Shown: piece after piece, positions 18,779 to 25,557 of the stretch
Layout: each line of letters begins with the position of its first letter
Position numbering within the stretch: position 1 is the stretch's first letter
Assembly: GCA_023416745.1 (NCBI GenBank)
Contig: JAEZHF010000022.1
Coordinates: 168-64,167 of the forward strand
Direction of reading: 5' to 3'
Source: Bacillota bacterium
Lineage (GTDB): Bacteria > Bacillota > Clostridia > Christensenellales > SZUA-584
DNA: 64,000 nucleotides
Position numbers and translations under genes: made by a program
The notes under the pieces: generated by a model
The model's input: the letters and a program-made list of their open reading frames with translations, nothing else
What the model was told of the DNA's origin: nothing
Databases searched by the model: none

Positions 18779-20311
18779 TTGAGCAAGACAAAGATGGGTG
18801 TGAAAACCGCATCCTCAGTCATATTCATAGCGCTGATTCAGGGAATACTGAGCTTTTACCGGCTCAGCGTGCTGCTGGGCACATACGGCGACAACGTCAA
18901 CGGCGTCGTGCAGGCGGCGCTGCAGATGAGCGCCTACCTGATCCTGTTCCAGACCGGCATGTCCGCTGCCTACCAATACCATATGTACGCGCCGTTCAGC
19001 GGTGGAGACTTCCCCAAAGTATCCGCCCTTTTTACCGGACTGCAAAGGAGCATGCTGCGCGTCACCGGCAAAATGCTGCTCGTCGCAGTCGCCATCATTC
19101 CAGTCTACTCCGCGCTGCTGCTCAGACAGGGCGTTCAGTATTGGGACACGCTGCTGATACTCGCAGCCATCGGCATACGCATCAGCGCGCCGTTCTTCTA
19201 TACGCTGCCGGAACGCTGCCTCATAGAGATCAAAGAAAAGAAGTATATCGTGGTCACCGTGGAAGGCGTGAAGGACATACTGACGCTGGTCGCGGAGATA
19301 CTGCTGATCCGCTTCACGCCGCTGCCTCTGCCGCTGGTACTCTGCGTCAACCTTGTTTTCCTCGCGCTGTCAAAGCTGGTGTATCGTCGGTTGATCGCTC
19401 GGTTGTACGGCCCCTCCTTCAGCCTGACCGCCGCTCCGGAATATGTGGCTTCCCGCATGACCAAAGCCGTTTACGCGCATCAGGTGTCGTCCATGGTCAC
19501 CAGCAATACCGATAACGTGGTGCTGTCGCTGCTCAGCGCACTGAAGAACGTGACGATATACAGCGCGTTCGCAACGCTGATTGCCTATCCCAACACGGTA
19601 ATCTACCGCATCATCGAAGGCATGCGCGCGACACTGGCGCTCAAAATCACCCGCGGTGATGAGGACAGCTATTCCGCGTTCAAGCAGCTGCTCGCTTTTT
19701 CTTTCTTCTGTATCTGCGTGATGATTCCCGTTTTCCTGCTGCTGGCCAACCCGTTTGTGGAGCTGTGGATCGGTCGGGAGTATCAAATACACTCCCTGCC
19801 TCTCGTCATGTTCGGTCTGGTGCTGGCAGACTATTTGTTTATGCCGGTGATATACGCTGCACGCGATGCCCGCGGCCTGTATACCGAATCCAAGAAGTTC
19901 ACCATTGCGCAGGCGGTCGTCAATCTGGTGATATCTGTGGCGCTGGCTGCACCTTTTGGCATCACGGGCGTTCTGAGCGGCACCGTGGCCGCGGCCTACC
20001 TCGTGCTCCAGCCGGGCAATTTTAGATTGGTTTATGCTCATGTGTTTAATCGCAGGATGACGATATACAGTGAATTGGCAGTCGTGGCCGGTCTGTGCGC
20101 CGCCTCTTATTTCGCCTGCAGCTTCATACTGGATGCTGTTGAATTGGGAGAAGGCTGGCTGGTGCTGGCTGAAAAAGCGGTGATTTGCGCGGTTATAGCC
20201 ACCGCAGTCGCGTTCTGCGGCCTCTGGTTGTTAAACACTGGCTTTCGGGCGCTGGTGAGACGTTTTCTGCGCCGCAGCCCCACTCCGGCAAACAACGGTA
20301 TGGGAATATAA
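18779..20311 (+). CDS. Wzx-type flippase (MOP/polysaccharide biosynthesis protein family)
   Basis: 510 aa with about 12-14 TM helices. TTG start 6 nt after GCGGAGGA. Located in the polysaccharide operon. Confidence 0.8.
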   Translation: MSKTKMGVKTASSVIFIALIQGILSFYRLSVLLGTYGDNVNGVVQAALQMSAYLILFQTGMSAAYQYHMYAPFSGGDFPKVSALFTGLQRSMLRVTGKMLLVAVAIIPVYSALLLRQGVQYWDTLLILAAIGIRISAPFFYTLPERCLIEIKEKKYIVVTVEGVKDILTLVAEILLIRFTPLPLPLVLCVNLVFLALSKLVYRRLIARLYGPSFSLTAAPEYVASRMTKAVYAHQVSSMVTSNTDNVVLSLLSALKNVTIYSAFATLIAYPNTVIYRIIEGMRATLALKITRGDEDSYSAFKQLLAFSFFCICVMIPVFLLLANPFVELWIGREYQIHSLPLVMFGLVLADYLFMPVIYAARDARGLYTESKKFTIAQAVVNLVISVALAAPFGITGVLSGTVAAAYLVLQPGNFRLVYAHVFNRRMTIYSELAVVAGLCAASYFACSFILDAVELGEGWLVLAEKAVICAVIATAVAFCGLWLLNTGFRALVRRFLRRSPTPANNGMGI

Positions 20312-20334
20312 ACTGGTATATCTCGATAATCTAA

Positions 20335-20372
20335 AACAGCCTTCCGCACGTTATACCATGCAGGAGGCTGTT
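20335..20372. terminator. hairpin between the convergent flippase and beta-helix genes (possible bidirectional terminator)
   Basis: AACAGCCTTCCGCA ... TGCAGGAGGCTGTT forms an imperfect 14-bp stem, flanked by AAAA upstream and GGTTTAT downstream. Confidence 0.45.
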
Positions 20373-20394
20373 GGTTTATACTCAATTGATTCGC

Positions 20395-21753
20395 TTAGTC
20401 GATTTGGACCCAGCTGTTTCCATCCATGATGTTGTTTTCTACCGTAATGTTGGATGAGCCGCGCATCACCTGAATGAAGCTGTTCTTGATGGTGTTGTTG
20501 TACAGCTTGATGTAGGTCGAGTACACCGTCAGTATGTTGCCGCTGCATACGTTATTGTATACCTCATAGTCTGTACCGCTGTGGCAGCTGATCGCGCCGC
20601 CCGAGCAGTCGTAGATCACATTATCATGTATCTTCAGCTTGTCGACGACGTAGTCCAGCTCCTTCTCGATATCAATGCCGTACTGCGGGTCGGTACCCTT
20701 GATGCCATAGATCGTGTTGCCGGCTATTTCGCTGTCACGCATGCCGATGACGCTGATGCCCTGGCGCCGGCAATTGAATATTTTATTATCCAGCAGGCGA
20801 ACCTTTTTGGACACGCGCCCGCCGTCGGCCAGCGCCGCGTAAGAACCTTCCACAATGATACCATCACCCGTCATCTTGCTGATATTGAGATCCCGTATGA
20901 CCACGTTGGTTCCGGCGGAGATAACGACCCCGAAGCCGTATTCGTGCGTGGGAGATTTGGAACTAGACGCGTACACGTGGTCATCCAGGTCGCCGATCAG
21001 TGTACCGTTCTTAATTGTCACGTCGCTGGCATCCACGATGCCGAATATGGTGTATTCAGGAAAGCTATTGGGCTCCATCTTGAATGTAGAGCCATTAAGA
21101 TCCAGCGTAAGTCCCGAGGGCACCAGTATGCCGTCTGTCGGAGCGATGCACCGGTCGCGCCAGTTGCACTGGACCATGTATGTGCCTTTGTCGAATTTGA
21201 CCGTCGTATAGCCCTGAGCTTTTGCCCACTCCAGCGCTTCGTTGATGCCGTCCGTCGTGGCCCGGGCGCTGCCGCCGGTGCTGTCGATTCCAAAGCGTTC
21301 ACTCTCAATGACATAGACACCCGGTACCGCTTCCTCTTCAGGGTTGTCTGACACAACGACCGGGGCCTCCGTAACGGGAGTGATCTCCCTGTCCGCTGCT
21401 TCCGGCTCCACGACCGCATCTCCAGCGGTCTCGGCTTGGGTTTCTGGCTTGCTGTCGTCTGCGGCGCTTTCGGACACAACCTCTTTTTCGGCGAGCACCA
21501 CCGCCTCAATTGAGTTGCCAGCGGTTCTGGGTTGATCCGTCGCCAGGGGCGTTGTCGTTGCATCGGGCGTAAGCTGCGGAGTTGGGTCCGCCGTCGGGCT
21601 TGCTTCGCTTGTCTGCTGAGCGGGTGTTTGCGTCGCGGCGGCTGCCGCTTCAACGATACGGGAATTTGAAACACCGACAGCCACCATCGCCGCGCTGATC
21701 ATCAGCGATGCCGCCAGTATAAAGTATAAAAACCTGAATTTTGACTTTTTCAT
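20395..21753 (-). CDS. membrane-anchored right-handed parallel beta-helix protein (paralog 2) with a Pro/Thr/Ala/Glu-rich linker
   Basis: 452 aa. N-terminal anchor/signal (FLYFILAASLMISAAMVAVG). A low-complexity linker of about 140 aa follows (TPAQQTSEASPTADPTPQLTPDATTTP...). The remaining domain is colinear with 13484..14611 (RFGIDSTGGSARATTDGINEALEWAK, APTDGILVPSGLTL, PEYTIFGIV, MTGDGIIVEGSY, CRRQGISVIG, GGAISCHSG). Confidence 0.7.
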   Translation of the reverse strand: MKKSKFRFLYFILAASLMISAAMVAVGVSNSRIVEAAAAATQTPAQQTSEASPTADPTPQLTPDATTTPLATDQPRTAGNSIEAVVLAEKEVVSESAADDSKPETQAETAGDAVVEPEAADREITPVTEAPVVVSDNPEEEAVPGVYVIESERFGIDSTGGSARATTDGINEALEWAKAQGYTTVKFDKGTYMVQCNWRDRCIAPTDGILVPSGLTLDLNGSTFKMEPNSFPEYTIFGIVDASDVTIKNGTLIGDLDDHVYASSSKSPTHEYGFGVVISAGTNVVIRDLNISKMTGDGIIVEGSYAALADGGRVSKKVRLLDNKIFNCRRQGISVIGMRDSEIAGNTIYGIKGTDPQYGIDIEKELDYVVDKLKIHDNVIYDCSGGAISCHSGTDYEVYNNVCSGNILTVYSTYIKLYNNTIKNSFIQVMRGSSNITVENNIMDGNSWVQID

Positions 21754-22139
21754 TTGCTGCCCTCCGGATGAGCACCCTGTTCCTTTTTGGTGCTCGATTC
21801 GTTTCGGTACAGATCAATGACAGAGTGATGGCACTTTGTGGCGTTTGGCATTAAAAAATGCCTTTCCACTTCAGGCCATTGCCAAATGAAAAAGACATGT
21901 AAAGAATATCTTCTTCGGCAACCGGCTGTCATAGTCATCGACCTTAGACCCTTGGCTTTGCGTCACTGCTTTTCAACAGTTTTGCTATTATCGGACAGAT
22001 AATTATTTTGTTTTCAACAGGCCTGTTTCCGTATAAACAGACCAATACGTTATATATATCGGACGAAAAAACATGAACTTTAGCGATTTTTCAAATTTAT
22101 TTCTATATTAAATATTTCTATACATGCAACCAAAAAGGT

Positions 22140-22157
22140 GTTGCATTTTTATTCATT
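22140..22157. promoter_or_regulatory. candidate ArgR/AhrC operator (ARG box) overlapping the -35 of the arg promoter
   Basis: GTTGCATTTTTATTCATT matches the E. coli ARG-box consensus TNTGAATWWWWATTCANW at 14 of its 16 specified positions. Its reverse complement AATGAATAAAAATGCAAC resembles the B. subtilis AhrC box as I recall it. Also part of the inverted repeat ATGCAAC-N9-GTTGCAT (22124-22146). Confidence 0.45.
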
Positions 22158-22169
22158 TTTATGTATAAT
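22141..22169 (+). promoter_or_regulatory. sigma-A-type promoter of the arg operon
   Basis: TTGCAT (22141-22146), exactly 17 nt of spacer, TATAAT (22164-22169). The track ATG at 22161 lies inside this promoter. Confidence 0.6.
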
Positions 22170-22202
22170 TATAAACAATTCAAAAGAGGGAGGCCATTTG
22201 TA

Positions 22203-23234
22203 GTGGTCAAAGCAAGCGTAATCGGCGCCACAGGATACGCAGGCGCGGAGCTGATGCGGCTGCTCACAGCTCATGGGCAGGTGACCGTGACGCACGCCAT
22301 TTCCAAAAGCTTCGCGGGTCAGAAGATGAGCGAACTCTATCCTAGCTTCTTCTCAAGCGATTATGCGCTGGAGGAGTTGGATTGCGACGCAGTCGCTAAA
22401 GACAGTGACATCGTGTTCACCTGCCTGCCGCACGGTACGTCTGCCGAAACGGTGGCGCAGCTGATCGCCAAGGGCATCAAGGTAATCGATCTGTCGGGCG
22501 ACTTCCGATACAACGATATCTCTGTGTACGAGAGCTGGTACAAGGTAAAGCACGCCGCGCCGGAATTGCTGGTTGAGAGTGTATACGGCATGCCGGAGCT
22601 GTACCGCGAGCGCATCAAACACGCCCGCTTGATCGGCAACCCGGGATGCTATACCACCTGCTCCATACTCGCGGTGTATCCACTGCTCAAATGCGGCCTT
22701 GTGGAGCCAAGCGGCATCATCATCGACGCTAAGTCGGGCGTGACGGGCGCGGGCCGCAGTGAGAAGCTGACCAACAGCTTCTGCGAGGTGCACGAGTCGT
22801 TCAAGGCCTACGGCGTGGCCACTCACCGACACACATCGGAGATCGAACAGGAACTGGGTTTTGCGGCAGGTACGGAGGTCGCGGTGTCGTTCACGCCCCA
22901 CCTGATGCCCGTCAAGCGCGGTATACTGTCCACCATCTACCTATCTCCCAAGGCGGGCGTGGTGGAGGCGGATATCGCGGCTGCATATGCGGTGTATAAA
23001 GATGAACCCTTCGTACAGGTTACAGGCGGGAGGTTGCCGGAGCTCAAGCATGTGAACGGCTCCAACAACTGCGCGATCGGCTTCGTACTCGACAAGCGGG
23101 TCAACCGCCTCATCGTTGTCTCCTGCCTCGACAACCTCATCAAAGGCGCGGCGGGCCAAGCGGTGCAGAACATGAACCTCGTCTGCGGGTTCGATGAAAC
23201 AGAAGGATTAAACAACACAGGATGGTACTTGTAA
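22203..23234 (+). CDS. argC: N-acetyl-gamma-glutamyl-phosphate reductase
   Basis: VIGATGYAGAELMRLL, GNPGCYTT active-site Cys motif, colinear with ArgC. Start set to GTG 22203, which lies 9 nt after GGGAGG and downstream of the promoter. Confidence 0.92.
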   Translation: MVKASVIGATGYAGAELMRLLTAHGQVTVTHAISKSFAGQKMSELYPSFFSSDYALEELDCDAVAKDSDIVFTCLPHGTSAETVAQLIAKGIKVIDLSGDFRYNDISVYESWYKVKHAAPELLVESVYGMPELYRERIKHARLIGNPGCYTTCSILAVYPLLKCGLVEPSGIIIDAKSGVTGAGRSEKLTNSFCEVHESFKAYGVATHRHTSEIEQELGFAAGTEVAVSFTPHLMPVKRGILSTIYLSPKAGVVEADIAAAYAVYKDEPFVQVTGGRLPELKHVNGSNNCAIGFVLDKRVNRLIVVSCLDNLIKGAAGQAVQNMNLVCGFDETEGLNNTGWYL

Positions 23235-23235
23235 C

Positions 23236-24099
23236 ATGGATAAATACTATGAAAAAGCCAATATACTGATCGAGGCGCTTCCGTATATCCGGAGGCTGTC
23301 CGGCAAGACGGTGGTTATCAAATACGGCGGGGCGGCGATGCTCTCCGAGGAGCTGTCCAAAAAGATCATGCAGGATATCACCCTGCTGAAATACGTGGGA
23401 GTCAACCCCATCGTGGTGCACGGCGGCGGCGGCGACATCAATGCGCTGCTGAAGAAATACGAGATCGAGCCGCATTTCCACAACGGTCTGCGTGTGACCG
23501 ATCCGGCCACGATGGAAATCGTGCAGATGGTGCTGTCCGGTAAGATCAACAAGGAAATCGTTTCGCAGCTGGGCGTGGCGGGCGCGAAGGCCATCGGCCT
23601 GTGCGGTAAGGACGCGATGCTGCTGCAGGCGGAAAAGCTGCTGGGCGACGACGGCTTTGACTACGGCCGCGTGGGCAAGATCACCAGCATCAACACCAAG
23701 CTCCTTAACACGCTGACGCAGGATGAATACATCCCGGTCATCGCGCCCATCGGCGCGGGCGAGGACGGCGAAAGCTACAACATTAATGCGGATACCGTGG
23801 CGGGCGACATCGCCGCAGCGCTGGCTGCCGAGAAGCTGATGTTCCTCACGGACATCGACGGCATCCGCAGCATTCCGGACGATCCCGATACCCTGATCTA
23901 CGAGATCTCCATTGACGAGATTTACAAGTATATCAACAACGGCGTGATATCCGGTGGCATGCTGCCCAAGGTGGACGGCTGCATCAAGGCCATCCGCAGC
24001 GGCGTGAAACGTACCCATATACTGAACGGCACCATCCCCCACCCGATACTGCTCGAGATATTCACCGATACCGGCATCGGGACGATGGTCAGGGAGTAA
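23236..24099 (+). CDS. argB: acetylglutamate kinase
   Basis: 287 aa. ALPYIRRLSGKTVVIKYGGAAM, PIVVHGGG, NINADTVAGDIA; typical ArgB. Confidence 0.95.
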   Translation: MDKYYEKANILIEALPYIRRLSGKTVVIKYGGAAMLSEELSKKIMQDITLLKYVGVNPIVVHGGGGDINALLKKYEIEPHFHNGLRVTDPATMEIVQMVLSGKINKEIVSQLGVAGAKAIGLCGKDAMLLQAEKLLGDDGFDYGRVGKITSINTKLLNTLTQDEYIPVIAPIGAGEDGESYNINADTVAGDIAAALAAEKLMFLTDIDGIRSIPDDPDTLIYEISIDEIYKYINNGVISGGMLPKVDGCIKAIRSGVKRTHILNGTIPHPILLEIFTDTGIGTMVRE

Positions 24100-24104
24100 T
24101 AATC

Positions 24105-25295
24105 ATGACGATTGACGAAATCGCAAAACTGGATGAGCAGTACTTCTCCCCTGTGTTCGGCAAACGGCTGCCGGTGGAGTTCGTGCGCGGAGAGGACGTG
24201 TACCTGTTCGACAGCACGGGCAAGCGCTATACCGACTTCCTGTCAGGCATCGCAACCAACTGCCTCGGCTACTCGGACGAGGGCTACAAGCAGGCGCTCA
24301 CTGACGTGGTGAACAGCCTGATGCACACGTCCAACTACTACTACAACGAAACGCAGGCGAGGCTGGCCGAAAAGCTGTGCACTGCCACCGGTTACGACAA
24401 CGTGTTCCTGTCCAACAGCGGCGCGGAGGCGGTGGAGGGTGCGCTCAAACTGGCGCGCAAGTACCATTTCGGCCAAGGCCAGCCGCGCACCGAGATCATC
24501 ACGATGCAGGGCAGCTTCCACGGGCGTACGCTGGCAACGCTGGCAGCCACCGGTCAGGTGCGGTTCCACGAGGCTTTCCAGCCGCTGATCGACAAGTTTA
24601 CCTACGTTCCGGCGAATGACATCGCCGCGCTGGAAGCCGCCGTGTCAAGCTACACCGCGGCGGTGTTGGTGGAGCCCATACTCGGTGAGGGCGGCATCAT
24701 CCCCGTCACGCCGGAATACTTTCAGGCCATCAGCCGCGTTTGCGACACTAACGGCGCGCTGATGATCGCGGACGAGATACAGACGGGCATGGGGCGCACG
24801 GGCGCATTGCTCGCCTCCCCCGCGCTGGGCGCAACGCCCGACGTCGTGGTGCTGGCCAAATCGCTGGGTAACGGGTTCCCTGTCGGCGCGTTTCTCGCGC
24901 GCGGCGCAGCGGCCAAATCCTTCGCACCGGGCGACCACGGTTCCACATTCGGCGGAAACCGCATGGCCTGCGCTGCGGCGTACTACGTCTCATGCAAGCT
25001 GGTGGACACGGATATCCTCTCCCATATAGCTGAAACAGGCGCGTATTTCATGGCACAGCTCAAGGCATTGCAGGCGTCCTGCCCCGCCATCGTCGATGTG
25101 CGCGGGCGCGGCCTGATGCTGGGCGTCGATCTCGATGCTTCCGTCTCCGCACTGGACGTCAAGAAGGCGCTGCTGGAGGCCGGGTTCGTGACGGCGACCG
25201 CCGGTCAGAACGTGCTGCGCCTCGTTCCGCCCTACGTGATACAAAAAGAGCACATTGATACTTTGATAGCGGCATTAAAAGAAGTATTAAGATAA
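24105..25295 (+). CDS. argD: acetylornithine aminotransferase (class III PLP aminotransferase)
   Basis: 396 aa. SNSGAEAVEGALKLARKY, LMIADEIQTGMGRTG, VVVLAKSLGNGFPVGA (PLP Lys), HGSTFGGN. Confidence 0.9.
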   Translation: MTIDEIAKLDEQYFSPVFGKRLPVEFVRGEDVYLFDSTGKRYTDFLSGIATNCLGYSDEGYKQALTDVVNSLMHTSNYYYNETQARLAEKLCTATGYDNVFLSNSGAEAVEGALKLARKYHFGQGQPRTEIITMQGSFHGRTLATLAATGQVRFHEAFQPLIDKFTYVPANDIAALEAAVSSYTAAVLVEPILGEGGIIPVTPEYFQAISRVCDTNGALMIADEIQTGMGRTGALLASPALGATPDVVVLAKSLGNGFPVGAFLARGAAAKSFAPGDHGSTFGGNRMACAAAYYVSCKLVDTDILSHIAETGAYFMAQLKALQASCPAIVDVRGRGLMLGVDLDASVSALDVKKALLEAGFVTATAGQNVLRLVPPYVIQKEHIDTLIAALKEVLR

Positions 25296-25356
25296 GGGCC
25301 AAGACCGCAGGGGCTCCGCCCCCGCACCCCCGCGTCTTTTCTTTAAGAAAAGACGC
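25296..25356 (+). repeat. structured intergenic element, copy B (two tandem hairpins), directly after the argD stop
   Basis: GGGCCAAGACC-GC-[AGGGGC tcc GCCCCC]-GCACCCCCGC-[GTCTTTTC tttaa GAAAAGAC]. Same architecture as 41374..41429 (minus) and 25451..25515 (minus). Confidence 0.6.
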
Positions 25357-25450
25357 AAAAGATAAACTAAAACATCGTTCCTCATTAAGCAGCTGCTACT
25401 GAGGGAACTAACAAAGAGAGAAAAAGCCATGAATATGGCATTTTACAAAT

Positions 25451-25515
25451 GGGATTCTTAAGGGGCGAGCCCCTTAAGCGGTGGTTTGGAGGCAGCGCCT
25501 CCAAGGTCTTAGGCC
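25451..25515 (-). repeat. structured intergenic element, copy C (inverted relative to copy B), 43 nt upstream of carB
   Basis: Minus strand reads GGCCTAAGACC-TT-[GGAGGC gct GCCTCC]-AAACCACCGC-[TTAAGGGGC tcg (G)CCCCTTAA]-GAATCCC. Confidence 0.65.
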
Positions 25516-25557
25516 TTCAAAGGTCAGAACCCAACCAATACCCAGGAGGTATCCGGA

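Noticed and set aside
21300-21680. Low-complexity GC-rich stretch, considered as a repeat or non-coding element.
   Set aside because: It is the in-frame Pro/Thr/Ala/Glu-rich stalk of the second beta-helix protein.
25296-25356. The two hairpins after argD, considered as a plain rho-independent terminator.
   Set aside because: Neither hairpin is followed directly by a U-tract. The same two-hairpin architecture recurs at two other sites with different stem sequences. It is therefore treated as a repeat-family element whose terminator activity is untested.
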